The notes beneath the pieces were generated by a model. The model was not told the origin of the DNA and ran no database searches. It saw only the letters and a list, made by a program, of their open reading frames with translations. Below, piece by piece: positions 8,514 through 18,130 of a stretch of DNA of 24,344 bases (position 1 is the first letter of the stretch; the number at the start of each line of letters is the position of its first letter). Source of the stretch: Pseudomonadota bacterium (GTDB taxonomy: Bacteria > Bdellovibrionota > Bdellovibrionia > Bdellovibrionales > SG-bin7); contig JAWXAY010000026.1 in the NCBI GenBank assembly GCA_034439715.1, positions 1 to 24,344 on the forward strand. The letters run 5' to 3'. Position numbers and translations under genes: made by a program.

Positions 8514-9698
8514 TTATTGCCGAGCCATGTCCTTTAGCTTTACTAATTGGGCTCTGACATCCGGGGGAATGCGCGTTCCGGCACTCCCCGTATAACCAAG
8601 ATAAATACTCTGCTCGAGACGATTATAGCATCTATCTGCAATTTCAGAATGAGGGCGCTCTTGAATACAGCGCGTGTAGTAGTCCTCATGAAGCGTCCAA
8701 TAGCCCAAGTCTTGAAGCGATTCATAACACATACCCATATTAAATAGCATCTCGGGGAATACTTGATCCTTTTTAATGCGAGTAAAATATTCGTGTCCCA
8801 ATGCCGTAGCTCGTAAATAATTTACCAGCGGACTGTCGAACTCAATATTACTCTCACGTCTTTGAGCATCTGCAATTAATCGGTCCATCGTCTTCTTATA
8901 AGCGCCCCTCATGACTAGCTTTCTTGAACCGTCCCTTGATAAATTGTCTAAATCTTTGGCCCAAACTTTGGCTTGACGTTTTAGAAAATGGGGAAGATCC
9001 GGAAGCGCCAAAAAATCGGCTATAAATTTTTTGGCATTGTCAGGATCATTTAAAACCCGAATATAAATTGCCAGAGCTTTTTTTAGTGCACGCTCTACCT
9101 CAAAGGGATACTGAACAACGAACTCTTTTTCTTTTAGTAAAGCTCGATACTCATCGATGGCTTTAGTAAATTGTCGGGTGGCCGCATATATTTCAGCTCT
9201 GACAAAGGGGTTTAATTTCACATAATCAAAATTAAGGTTCAACGTCTTAGACTGTGGTCCGGCTCCACTGCGAGAGTGGCAATTGATACAGTGATTGGTG
9301 GCCACTGCCAGCACTTGCCGAGAATATTCACGATGCCCCGTATGAAGTGCGTCGTAAGCTTTGGCGATTTCTGCATCAAATCCTTTCGCTAGAAACTGAA
9401 CTGCGGGATCAGCATCGGGAGATTCCTTAATCGATTTGGCATTCACGTTGTGGGCAAGTTCCGAAAGTTTTTTTACGTTCTTCTCTATTTCAGAAAAGTT
9501 TTTTTCGTTTTGAAATTCTTCTTTAGACAAAATAAATGGAAACAACTCTGAAATGACCTGAGAGAGTTCTTGCATCTTTTCACTCCACTCACTCTGCCCC
9601 ACTATTTCGTTTTTTTTACTAGTGCTGCAATGCACAGCAAAAAGCATTGATGCGAGCGCTAATGTCAGTTTCACGCCTTTATTGATGCTAGTTCTCAT
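8514..9698 (-). CDS. Lipoprotein with one c-type heme motif and TPR-like helical region
   Basis: Lipobox-like AVHC; CINCH at the end of a helical domain (cytochrome c'-like placement); TPR-like segments RAEIYAATRQFTKAIDEY and MLFNMGMCYESL. Confidence 0.75.
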   Translation of the reverse strand: MRTSINKGVKLTLALASMLFAVHCSTSKKNEIVGQSEWSEKMQELSQVISELFPFILSKEEFQNEKNFSEIEKNVKKLSELAHNVNAKSIKESPDADPAVQFLAKGFDAEIAKAYDALHTGHREYSRQVLAVATNHCINCHSRSGAGPQSKTLNLNFDYVKLNPFVRAEIYAATRQFTKAIDEYRALLKEKEFVVQYPFEVERALKKALAIYIRVLNDPDNAKKFIADFLALPDLPHFLKRQAKVWAKDLDNLSRDGSRKLVMRGAYKKTMDRLIADAQRRESNIEFDSPLVNYLRATALGHEYFTRIKKDQVFPEMLFNMGMCYESLQDLGYWTLHEDYYTRCIQERPHSEIADRCYNRLEQSIYLGYTGSAGTRIPPDVRAQLVKLKDMARQ

Positions 9699-9739
9699 AA
9701 GAGCCCCCTAAATCTTATTGTCAGGCTCAACTCAGTTAT

Positions 9740-9755
9740 TGGCAAAGTAATTGCA
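9740..9755 (+). promoter_or_regulatory. Candidate sigma-54 promoter for the CBS-USP-HPF operon
   Basis: TGGCAAAGTAATTGCA, GG-N10-GC; flanked by inverted repeat TCAGTTA (9732-9738) / TAACTGA (9757-9763). Confidence 0.7.
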
Positions 9756-9800
9756 GTAACTGAATGTAGATAAAATGTGGATTTGACATGGGGGGTAAAA

Positions 9801-10256
9801 ATGAAGGCTCAAAATGTTGGCGAGACCATGACAAAACATCCCTACATTGCAAGTCGGAAAATGCTCGTGACGGACGCCGAACAGTTCATGAGAGAATGCA
9901 AAATCAGGCACCTACCGGTTATTGAAAGTGATAAAATTGTAGGTCTAGCTAGTGACCGCGACTTAAAAAAGGCTCTTGGCTTTAGGGGCCCTGGCACTTT
10001 GTTGGTTGAAGACGTAATGACGGCTAATCCTTATTGCATAAAAAAAGGGACAGCTTTGAGCGAAGTCGCAAGGGTAATGGCCGAGAAAAGAATCGGCTCG
10101 GCAATTATCGTTGATGAAAAAGGAGCTTCTCTCGGTATTTTTACTACAACTGATGGCATGAGAATCTTAAGTCAAATTCTTTCTAAAGGCACTTTGACTA
10201 AAAATGAGCTTCACGAAATTTGTTACGATGATTTTCCGGAATACATGAGCTGGTGA
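9801..10256 (+). CDS. CBS-domain (Bateman module) protein
   Basis: MTKHP...IRHLPV...SDRD...VMTANP...IGSAIIVD...GIFTTTD. Start moved to ATG 9801, which follows a G-rich RBS. Confidence 0.92.
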   Translation: MKAQNVGETMTKHPYIASRKMLVTDAEQFMRECKIRHLPVIESDKIVGLASDRDLKKALGFRGPGTLLVEDVMTANPYCIKKGTALSEVARVMAEKRIGSAIIVDEKGASLGIFTTTDGMRILSQILSKGTLTKNELHEICYDDFPEYMSW

Positions 10257-10263
10257 AAAATTT

Positions 10264-11196
10264 ATGAATAAAAAAACTATCATTTGGGCCATTAATCCCT
10301 ACGAAAAAAATAAAACTGTTCAACTTCATTCGGCACTTTTTTTACAGCGACTGGCAAAAGAGTTTGGCGCCTCAATCACCCCCACTTACGTTCTAAGCCC
10401 TCCCACTTTATTTTTACCAACAGATTATTTTATACCTCCAAATTTAGCGGACTTTGTTGGGAGCTCTAAAATAAAACTTCATAATATTCTCAAGAAACTG
10501 AAATTAAAATCGTTAGAGCCCATAACAGTGATTACCGATGAGAAGTCTAGTCTAAGAGAAAACGCTAAAACACTTATCAGGTTTGCAAAAAAACAGAATG
10601 CACTTTTTATTTTTGCACCCACTCATGCGAGGTCGGGATTACCTCGCTTCTGGTTAGGTAGTTTCGTCGAAAACTTGCTACTGTATTCCGATATTCCCGT
10701 ATTTACCATTAACCCCAAAATCAAGCTAAACGTTAGCATCTCGAGCGTAATTTACCCCACAGATTTAACATCAGCCTCAAAGGCAGCCTTCAAGACGTTT
10801 CTGCCACTAGCAAAAAAGTTGCGCGCTAAGGTTATTCTTTATCATCAACTTAGAAATTTTAGCGCAATCGAAGTGAATCCCGAGGGCCTTACCGCCGGTT
10901 CATGGGAATTTTATAAAGAAGAATTAGAAAATATAAGAGTTAAAAAGATGCAAGAGATTCAAATCTGGAAAGATCTCGCGCAGGGTGCTCATGTTGACTG
11001 TGATTTTGAACTCATACAATCTCGAAAATCGGTCGTTGATAGCATTCTCGACACGGTTAAGAAAAGAAAAATAAAATTAATTGCACTTAACACCTCGTCA
11101 GGCCCGGTTGAAAGTCTATTTGCTGGGGGAATTGCCCGCCAGCTCGTGAGATATTCGGCAGCGCCGGTTTGGGTGGTCCACAAGGAGGAACAATGA
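10264..11196 (+). CDS. Universal stress protein (tandem USP domains)
   Basis: THARSGLPRFWLGSFVENLLLYSDIPV; YPTDLTSAS; GGIARQLVRYSAAPVWVV. Confidence 0.92.
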   Translation: MNKKTIIWAINPYEKNKTVQLHSALFLQRLAKEFGASITPTYVLSPPTLFLPTDYFIPPNLADFVGSSKIKLHNILKKLKLKSLEPITVITDEKSSLRENAKTLIRFAKKQNALFIFAPTHARSGLPRFWLGSFVENLLLYSDIPVFTINPKIKLNVSISSVIYPTDLTSASKAAFKTFLPLAKKLRAKVILYHQLRNFSAIEVNPEGLTAGSWEFYKEELENIRVKKMQEIQIWKDLAQGAHVDCDFELIQSRKSVVDSILDTVKKRKIKLIALNTSSGPVESLFAGGIARQLVRYSAAPVWVVHKEEQ

Positions 11197-11561
11197 TTCC
11201 AGTAAAAGTAACTTACACCGATTTTGAGCCTTCTGAAGCACTAACGGCAAATATTGAAGACCGGTCTCAAAAATTGGAACTTTTTTTTGATAATATCCAG
11301 AAATGCAGTGTGGTGGTTTCACGCCCCCATAAACACAAAAAGCAAAAGTTTTATCACATTGAAGTCATACTTAAAGTGCCCGGAAAGACTTTAGTGGTAA
11401 ACCGCGAACCAGAGAAAAACGACGCCCATCATGACCCCTATATTTGCGTGAGAGATGCCTTTGAGGCTATGACTCGAATGCTCGAAGACTATGCCGCTAA
11501 AAAACGCGGTAACGTCAAGAAACACGAAACTCACGAGAGTCACGAGCCTAAAAGTGAATAG
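11193..11561 (+). CDS. HPF/RaiA family ribosome hibernation factor
   Basis: MIPVKVTYTDFEPSEAL...IQKCSVVV...HIEVILKVPG...DPYICVRDAF. ATG 11193 has an AAGGAGG RBS and an ATGA overlap with the USP stop. Confidence 0.88.
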   Translation: MIPVKVTYTDFEPSEALTANIEDRSQKLELFFDNIQKCSVVVSRPHKHKKQKFYHIEVILKVPGKTLVVNREPEKNDAHHDPYICVRDAFEAMTRMLEDYAAKKRGNVKKHETHESHEPKSE

Positions 11562-11568
11562 GCTGTGA

Positions 11569-11982
11569 TTAGGCTTCGCCGCGAATGACTTCGACTAAGG
11601 CGTTAAGTGCATCTGTGGCCGTAAATATTCCTACGATGCTTCCGGCCTCATCTTGTACCAGAGCGCTACCAATCTTATTTTCCGACATATAATAGGCGAC
11701 TTCGTCGATATTAGTCTCGGGGCTTACTGTATAAGGATTTGTCGACATCACATCTTCAGCAATAAAGGTCGACCACGATGGAAACTTTCCTAACACTTTA
11801 AGATCTCGATCACTAATAATTCCAACTGGCACGTTGCCTGAAATAACAGGTACATGTCGAATACCATGGTCTTTCATGACCCGACTGACTTCTTCCATTG
11901 AAGTATTCGCACTAACAGTAAATGGAGTTGGTGTTGTGAACTCATCAACGGGAATTCGGCGTATTTTCGATATTAATTCCAT
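11569..11982 (-). CDS. CBS-domain protein
   Basis: GIRHVPV, GIISDRD, VMSTNP, KIGSALV, GIFTATD. Confidence 0.92.
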   Translation of the reverse strand: MELISKIRRIPVDEFTTPTPFTVSANTSMEEVSRVMKDHGIRHVPVISGNVPVGIISDRDLKVLGKFPSWSTFIAEDVMSTNPYTVSPETNIDEVAYYMSENKIGSALVQDEAGSIVGIFTATDALNALVEVIRGEA

Positions 11983-12006
11983 TTTTTTATCCTCATTTTT
12001 GCAAGT

Positions 12007-12444
12007 TTAGATCATATACTCAGGAAAACGTGACCAGTTAATCTCATCGAGTTTCAACTTGGCATATTCAGAATCTTTTAACAAGCGGCTTAGAAGAAAA
12101 AGCGCATCGGTCGTAGTAAAAATACCTGCTACTTCACCCTTGTCATTTTCAATAATAGCGCAACCATATTTTTTTTCAGCCATTCTTTGTGCCACTTCGG
12201 CCAATAGCTGCCCGCGTACCACTTTGAAGGGATTTGCCACCATTACGTCTTCTACGCTGAGGTCGCTCTTACCTTTAATATCGCGCTCGCTGACTACCCC
12301 AATAACTTTATTTTTTTCGACAACGGGCAAATGCCTAATTCTGTATTTTTTCATCACTGAAGCGGCATTTTCAACTAATGTATTCTTAAAAACTACTTCT
12401 GGACAATAAGTCATGCTCTCGCCGACACTAATTTTATTAGACAT
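12007..12444 (-). CDS. CBS-domain protein
   Basis: RIRHLPVV, VVSERD, VMVANP, KYGCAII, GIFTTTD; GGAGGGAG RBS. Confidence 0.92.
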   Translation of the reverse strand: MSNKISVGESMTYCPEVVFKNTLVENAASVMKKYRIRHLPVVEKNKVIGVVSERDIKGKSDLSVEDVMVANPFKVVRGQLLAEVAQRMAEKKYGCAIIENDKGEVAGIFTTTDALFLLSRLLKDSEYAKLKLDEINWSRFPEYMI

Positions 12445-12533
12445 AAACTCCCTCCTTTTTTTTAATAATAGAAGATCAAAGATAAAAAATCAAAAATAAA
12501 CTAACTCAGCTAAAAAAAACCATGGTAAGGGAA

Positions 12534-12559
12534 ATTTTGTCCCTCTATAGGGACAAAAT
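12534..12559. promoter_or_regulatory. Perfect 11-bp inverted repeat (terminator of the kinase gene or a regulator site)
   Basis: ATTTTGTCCCT-ctat-AGGGACAAAAT, between the kinase stop and the CBS gene start. Confidence 0.5.
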
Positions 12560-12570
12560 GCCCCGATTCG

Positions 12571-13791
12571 TTAAGCTGATTTATTTAGTTTGGATCCTTG
12601 AAACTTCGGTAGCCTTAAGACAAAGCGCGTATGGGGGCTCTCGGCGTCAACAAATATTTTTCCGTGATGACTGCGCACAATACCTCGCGCAATACTGAGT
12701 CCCAGTCCTGTGCCTTTGCCCACTGGCTTAGTCGTAAAAAATGGAGTCATTATTTTGTCGATAAGTTCGCTTCTAATTCCCTTTCCGCTATCGGTTATTG
12801 CAATTTCTATTTCGCCTGGGTAGCTACTCACGGCAATGGCAATAAAGCGAGTTTCTAGTCCTTCCACAGCATCACAGGAATTACCTATTAGATTAGAAAC
12901 AACTTGAATGAGCCCAGCTTCGCGACCTTCAATGGTGATTTCAGAATCGGGACCAGAGTCAAGACCAATGACTTTGAGGTCAATTCCCAGCTCAGTAATT
13001 TTTTTGTGGCAGTAAGCAATCGACTCATCAATCAGATTTCTGATACTGACCTTTTCAAGGGGATCCTGTGAGCCGTCATGTGCAAATATTTTTAGCCCCT
13101 GCACGATTTTCGAAATTCGCCGAACTGTTAGGTTTATATTACTTGCTAAGTGTTCGACAACTTCATGATTTGCTTCTGGAGCCCTAATTTGCTTTAGCAA
13201 AAGCTCTACGCTTCCTTGAATAATAGCCAAAGGATTATTAATTTCATGTGCTACACCGCCAGCAACTTCTCCCAATTCGGCCATTTTTATGGCCTGAATC
13301 TCTCGGGCTTTGGCCTCTTCTGCATGCCGCTGCATTTTCTTTTCATCAGAAATATCTCGGATGATTACGAGCACCTCATGTTCATCGAGCTTAATAATTC
13401 TCCCTTCAAAATCATACTGAAACATTTCGTCATTACGTGAAAATTCGAATTTGAAGGTTTTGCCATTTTCAATTAAACGAGGAATAACTGATTTTAGTCT
13501 TCCATTTTTTAGCATAAAAATATTATCGATGTCGGTCGAAATGGTTTGTGCTCCTACAGAAAAACGAATTAGATTATTTGAAACCAAGGTTTCTTTGAGT
13601 AATCCGGTGTCGCTAAAAATATAAATGGCATCAGGAATACCCCTAATTATTGCCGACTGCCTTGTTTCGTTTTTTCGAATAACAAGATTTAGTTTTTTTA
13701 CTCGAGAAATAAGTTTTTTAAGCCAATATAAAAGCATTCCAACCACTAGGCCAAAACTCACGAGCAGAAATAAGATATAAAGGTTTTTCAT
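12571..13791 (-). CDS. Membrane-anchored sensor histidine kinase (PAS-like, HisKA, HATPase)
   Basis: N-terminal TM helix; H-box GVAHEINNPL, N-box NLIGNSCDA, DSGKGI, PFFTTKPVGKGTGLGL. Start placed at ATG 13791. Confidence 0.94.
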   Translation of the reverse strand: MKNLYILFLLVSFGLVVGMLLYWLKKLISRVKKLNLVIRKNETRQSAIIRGIPDAIYIFSDTGLLKETLVSNNLIRFSVGAQTISTDIDNIFMLKNGRLKSVIPRLIENGKTFKFEFSRNDEMFQYDFEGRIIKLDEHEVLVIIRDISDEKKMQRHAEEAKAREIQAIKMAELGEVAGGVAHEINNPLAIIQGSVELLLKQIRAPEANHEVVEHLASNINLTVRRISKIVQGLKIFAHDGSQDPLEKVSIRNLIDESIAYCHKKITELGIDLKVIGLDSGPDSEITIEGREAGLIQVVSNLIGNSCDAVEGLETRFIAIAVSSYPGEIEIAITDSGKGIRSELIDKIMTPFFTTKPVGKGTGLGLSIARGIVRSHHGKIFVDAESPHTRFVLRLPKFQGSKLNKSA

Positions 13792-13839
13792 GCGCAAAAC
13801 ACCTTTCAATTTTTCGGATTTTGCGCCTGATTTCGTGAG

Positions 13840-14637
13840 CTATTTTAGAATGGAATTAAGAATACCCGCCAGCCGCAGGCCTGCCTGACTTAATCTTTGC
13901 TTTAGCCTGCCTATGTTCTCGCTATAGTACTTACCATCTAGACTAAGAGCGGGTCCTCCTGACACACAGTAGGAGGTCTTAGGCCCAGTACCCTTATTAT
14001 CCGGGTAAATTTCTTCGCGCATTTCTTGGGATTCACTTGCCCAGGCAATGTAATCGGAATGCACACTTGGAGCTTCGCCTTTTGAATTATCAATTTGTAA
14101 AGCCAACTGGTAGTATTTATTACCCAACTGCTGCAACATTTTAGAGTCCCATAAGGCATGAAGATTAGTCTCGCGACCCATAAAGATGACGCGACATTCA
14201 TTTCCACCTCGATCGTCCTCTCGCCCAATGTGAAAGGGTTGATGAATATCCCCTAAGAAATGGATTAGAAACTTTAGTGCCACGGCTTTTTGAGGAGAAT
14301 TATTTGGCACCAGTAATTCTTTTTCAGATTTAAGCAGAGCCTGTACGACATCTCCGGTTTTACTCTTTTGGCTGGATTCATAGGATTGCCCATTGGGCAC
14401 CGTTGCCCAATGCCAGGTATTGGTGTAGGAATATTCTTTTCGACTTCTCACTTCATCAGCCCAATTAGCCGCATCAGCTAGGGATTGATTTCCTAGAATT
14501 TCTTTGATGTGGCGACGTGCTTGAGAAGACAAATGGCTTTCAGCAATCTGTCCAACCACGCTGTGTCCGAGAGGACCCCAGCCAAAGGCGTTTCCTGTCA
14601 TTAAACTTATTAGCAAGAGAACTAATCGTTGGGGCAT
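13840..14637 (-). CDS. S1/P1 nuclease, secreted
   Basis: Signal peptide then WGPLGH, WADEVR, WHW, HFLGDIHQPFH, NLHALWD zinc-ligand motifs. Confidence 0.94.
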   Translation of the reverse strand: MPQRLVLLLISLMTGNAFGWGPLGHSVVGQIAESHLSSQARRHIKEILGNQSLADAANWADEVRSRKEYSYTNTWHWATVPNGQSYESSQKSKTGDVVQALLKSEKELLVPNNSPQKAVALKFLIHFLGDIHQPFHIGREDDRGGNECRVIFMGRETNLHALWDSKMLQQLGNKYYQLALQIDNSKGEAPSVHSDYIAWASESQEMREEIYPDNKGTGPKTSYCVSGGPALSLDGKYYSENIGRLKQRLSQAGLRLAGILNSILK

Positions 14638-14649
14638 ACGACCTTCCTT

Positions 14650-15417
14650 CTAAAATTTAAATGTAAGACCTAAACAATATTTCGACAGATAGTTATATAG
14701 AAATTCAATACTGAGACTTCGCCAATAGGTCAACGCCACACCTGAATAAAAATGGGTCTCAGCTTCATTATCTTTATCAACTATTTTATAGCCCAGAAGC
14801 AATTCCCCAACGTTTCCGGCGATATGTAGTCCGCCCGCATAAGAGACCTTGGTGTCTGACCTGTAGTGCAAAGCATCCAATGAAAAATTAACATTTGGAG
14901 CTAAATCAAAGCTAAATCCACCCCCTATATCGTAGGTGCCTTGATCGTCAGAATCTACAATCACACCAAAAGTAAAACTACTTCGACCACCAAACAAAAA
15001 ACCCCACTTGGTATGGGTTTCAGAATTCGGCCCAGCCGAAGTGTTACCATTAATGCCAATCGCAAAACCAATGCTGCTAAAATTACCGCCCAAACCCCAC
15101 AAATAATCGGTATCCGAATCCGTAACACCCGTCCCGGCGGAGCCTACGCCAGCTACGCCGGCACCTAAACTTCCGTTCCCAAAAAACAAGCCCCCCGAAT
15201 ACTCCACAGGATTATAGTTATTTTCGCTTGAGTACCCCAATAATTGCAATTTAAGCGAACTTAAATTTGCGTGGCCCGCGGGATTCTCATAGCCATGAAG
15301 AAGTGTCGTTACACTCGGGCTCGCAATGCCAAACCCATTAGGTAACACCCGTCCCATTTCTGCCGAAAAAGATTCTTGAGAGAAAAATAGACTCAACGAA
15401 AAAATAAACAAAATCAT
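14650..15417 (-). CDS. Probable outer-membrane beta-barrel protein
   Basis: Signal peptide, NPA motif, Gly/aromatic alternating strands, C-terminal LGLTFKF. Confidence 0.65.
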   Translation of the reverse strand: MILFIFSLSLFFSQESFSAEMGRVLPNGFGIASPSVTTLLHGYENPAGHANLSSLKLQLLGYSSENNYNPVEYSGGLFFGNGSLGAGVAGVGSAGTGVTDSDTDYLWGLGGNFSSIGFAIGINGNTSAGPNSETHTKWGFLFGGRSSFTFGVIVDSDDQGTYDIGGGFSFDLAPNVNFSLDALHYRSDTKVSYAGGLHIAGNVGELLLGYKIVDKDNEAETHFYSGVALTYWRSLSIEFLYNYLSKYCLGLTFKF

Positions 15418-15425
15418 ATTCTCCC

Positions 15426-16244
15426 CTAAGACTTGTCTGACGAAGGCCAGTAGGCTTTCTGTTTTTTGAACGGTAATAAAATTAAACTTTCAAAGGAATT
15501 GTCAACGGGAGCGCTGTACCCTGGAACGCCGATCTCAATTAGCTGACTCCGAGTCTTTGCGACAAAGGTGCGATGCCAGCGATCCCAAAACGAAAATACG
15601 ACCGAGAAATTAGAATTAGTCTCAGCACGTAAAACTGAATGATGAATGCCATGCATGCGAGGAGTCACAATAATCCAATTGAGCATCTGATCGAGTTTAG
15701 CTGGTAAACGCAAATTGCTATGATGAAAAAACGTCATTATTTGAAAAACGTATTCGTACATCACGTAAAGGTCTAACGGAACGCCAATGATTAAAACCTG
15801 AAGAAAACGAAAAAACATCGAGTACGCAACTTCTACGAAATGAAAGCGAAAAGAAGTCGACACATCCAAATCAGGATCAATGTGATGTACGACATGAAAC
15901 CGCCAAAACCAGCCCACTTTGTGGTTGAGCAAATGCCAATAATAAAAGCTGAGATCCATTAATAAAAAACCCACGAGATACCTAATACCTGGGGTCAGAT
16001 TATTCCACTCATTAAATAAATTGAGTAGGCCAATGTTACTCTCGCTAGTGATGACGATGCCTAATTGACTTAAAGGTTTAACCGTCAATAGGGCCGTTGA
16101 ATAGAGTAATATACTCATTAAAAAATTGATTGTCAGTCGCGGCAAGTATTTATGCTTTGGTATTCTTAACGGAAATATTTTTTCTAGAATAATCAGAAGT
16201 AAGGTAGCGACGGCTAACCAAAACAGATGTTGAATGTTATTCAA
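15426..16244 (-). CDS. Sterol desaturase / fatty acid hydroxylase family membrane protein
   Basis: His boxes YYWHLLNH, FHVVHH, FFHHSN, HGIHHS; TTG start overlapping the upstream TGA. Confidence 0.92.
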   Translation of the reverse strand: MNNIQHLFWLAVATLLLIILEKIFPLRIPKHKYLPRLTINFLMSILLYSTALLTVKPLSQLGIVITSESNIGLLNLFNEWNNLTPGIRYLVGFLLMDLSFYYWHLLNHKVGWFWRFHVVHHIDPDLDVSTSFRFHFVEVAYSMFFRFLQVLIIGVPLDLYVMYEYVFQIMTFFHHSNLRLPAKLDQMLNWIIVTPRMHGIHHSVLRAETNSNFSVVFSFWDRWHRTFVAKTRSQLIEIGVPGYSAPVDNSFESLILLPFKKQKAYWPSSDKS

Positions 16245-16705
16245 CGTGGGCCTGAATGGCTAAAATCAACAGGACCGGAAGCTGTCAATATAGTTAGAGT
16301 GTCCCCTTTGACCGACGCCGGGTAACTATCCGCTGGAAAGTTAATACCACATTCAAGAACTCCCGCCTGAATTGCACCGGTAATCCCATCAATAAAAATA
16401 AGTTTTCCAACTTCTACATTTGAGCGCGATACTGACTTGATTGAGGTTTGAAGGTCCTTGGCAAAACAGTCTGTAGATATTTGTGTCGTGCCCTCAGCAA
16501 TGACCAACTGTAGATCAAAACTAAAAGTTTTGCCTTCGAATCGGTGGTTCCACGTTCCATATAATGATTTAATTTTGTTGTTTTCGATTTCAATTTTAGG
16601 TGCTGGATTTGGTGTTGTATTAAATCGAGGAGCACACGCAGGAGTCAAAAACGAGACGAGAACTAAAGCCAATAAAAAAGACTGAGATATATAAAAAAAT
16701 TTCAT
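16241..16705 (-). CDS. Hypothetical lipoprotein
   Basis: Hydrophobic leader ending TPAC; 4-bp overlaps with both neighbours. Confidence 0.7.
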   Translation of the reverse strand: MKFFYISQSFLLALVLVSFLTPACAPRFNTTPNPAPKIEIENNKIKSLYGTWNHRFEGKTFSFDLQLVIAEGTTQISTDCFAKDLQTSIKSVSRSNVEVGKLIFIDGITGAIQAGVLECGINFPADSYPASVKGDTLTILTASGPVDFSHSGPR

Positions 16706-17304
16706 TTGAGGCCTCCCATTATAGTGTTGGTAATTCCTACCCGAATCATCATGACAGCAATGGCGGCCAAAAACAGACTCGCTACTTTGCCGAAAGCTCT
16801 TGTTCCACCTTTACCCATGACCCTAACGATGTACTTTGAATTGCTAAAAATAAGCCAAGTAAGCAGCAAATTTATCACAAGTGACAACAGTGTAATTACT
16901 AAACCATGTCGATCTACCGACATAATTATCGTTGTCAGTGCCGCCGGACCAATAATGAGGGGAATGCCAATCGGGACCACTCCCATTTCATTACTGGAAC
17001 TTCGCCCCTGTCCCTCACTTGAGAATAATAGATTCAGTATGGCAATGAGGAGCAACACAAGGCCACCGCCAATTCGAAAATCATCAGCCGTAATGCCAAA
17101 CGAGCGAAACAAGAGTTTACCCGTCAGTAGGAAAACTACCGATACAATAAATGCCGCAAAAATCGCGTCGCGTAGAATTTTTTTAATATCGGCGTTTCTG
17201 GAGTCGCTGGTAATTGACAAAAACAATGGCAGAATTCCCAATGCATCGATTGCAAAAAAAAGAGGCATGAAGGCTAAAAAAAACTCTTTACCAATGCTTT
17301 CCAT
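16702..17304 (-). CDS. MarC family membrane protein
   Basis: LFFAIDALGILPLF, FRIGGGLVLLLIA, GVVPIGIPLIIGPAALT, FLAAIAVMMI. Start moved to MESIGK (ATG 17304), giving a typical 200 aa. Confidence 0.92.
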   Translation of the reverse strand: MESIGKEFFLAFMPLFFAIDALGILPLFLSITSDSRNADIKKILRDAIFAAFIVSVVFLLTGKLLFRSFGITADDFRIGGGLVLLLIAILNLLFSSEGQGRSSSNEMGVVPIGIPLIIGPAALTTIIMSVDRHGLVITLLSLVINLLLTWLIFSNSKYIVRVMGKGGTRAFGKVASLFLAAIAVMMIRVGITNTIMGGLK

Positions 17305-17323
17305 TAACTGACAATATAGGCCT

Positions 17324-18130
17324 ATGTTTTTAAATTTCCTACTAGTTTTATTCATCACGGCGCCCACATGGGCAAAATCAAAAGATGAGCTCACTATTGT
17401 TTTTCCGACAAAAAAACAGTCGTATTCACTTGCGACACTTAAAGGCAAATTGAAAACCTTTGAGGTCACAACTAATGACCCTGTCTATAAAGGGCAAAAA
17501 ACATTTAAAGGGTTTTTATTAAAAGATGTTTTTGCTCTTCTAGGGCCTCTGCCTGAAAGTGCGGATGAGATTAGCTTTGTGGCAAAAGATGGATATGCTC
17601 CTTCGGTTTCTGTTACAGACGGGCTGACTGCTGAAAGTTATGTGACTTTTGCTGATAACGTAAAAAAGACGGGCTTTGAAATTATCAATCAAGGTGGTAA
17701 AAATTTGGATCTCGGCCCCTACTATTTGGTGTGGAAAGACGAATCAAAAATTCCTGATTATTATCCGCGGCCGTATCAATTAGTGCGAATTGAAATTATT
17801 GATTTTAAAACACTGTACCGCGGTCTTTATCCTGAAGTCTTAAAACAAAAAGAAAATGAAAAAAAGGGTTTTTTAGTTTTTAAAAACCACTGCGTAAAAT
17901 GTCATTCCATAAATGGTGCCGGCGGTAGTGTGGGACCGGAACTTAATTTTCCTAAGAATGTGACTGAATATTGGAATGTTGCAGAACTTAGAAACTATAT
18001 TAGAAATCCAGCGGAGTTTAGATTGCGCGCCACCATGCCCAGTTTTGAAAAGTTAGATGCCACCAATATGGATAATTTGATTTCCTATTTGACACTGATG
18101 AAAGGGTACAAGGAAAAACCCAATCCATGA
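17324..18130 (+). CDS. Exported c-type cytochrome with N-terminal molybdopterin-oxidoreductase-like domain
   Basis: Signal peptide; AKDGYAP, GPYYLVW, PYQLVRI; CVKCH heme motif, VGPELN, axial Met in ATMPSF. Confidence 0.82.
   Translation: MFLNFLLVLFITAPTWAKSKDELTIVFPTKKQSYSLATLKGKLKTFEVTTNDPVYKGQKTFKGFLLKDVFALLGPLPESADEISFVAKDGYAPSVSVTDGLTAESYVTFADNVKKTGFEIINQGGKNLDLGPYYLVWKDESKIPDYYPRPYQLVRIEIIDFKTLYRGLYPEVLKQKENEKKGFLVFKNHCVKCHSINGAGGSVGPELNFPKNVTEYWNVAELRNYIRNPAEFRLRATMPSFEKLDATNMDNLISYLTLMKGYKEKPNP

Noticed and set aside
12509..12522. Sigma-54 promoter or FNR box upstream of the minus-strand CBS pair
   Set aside because: GG-to-GC spacing is 9, not 10, and the nearby TTGAT half-sites lack a correctly spaced ATCAA.
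17305..17469. N-terminal extension of MarC in the ORF track, and plus-strand ORF 16706-17311
   Set aside because: The extension overlaps the divergent cytochrome c gene and exceeds normal MarC length; the plus ORF is the antisense mirror of MarC.
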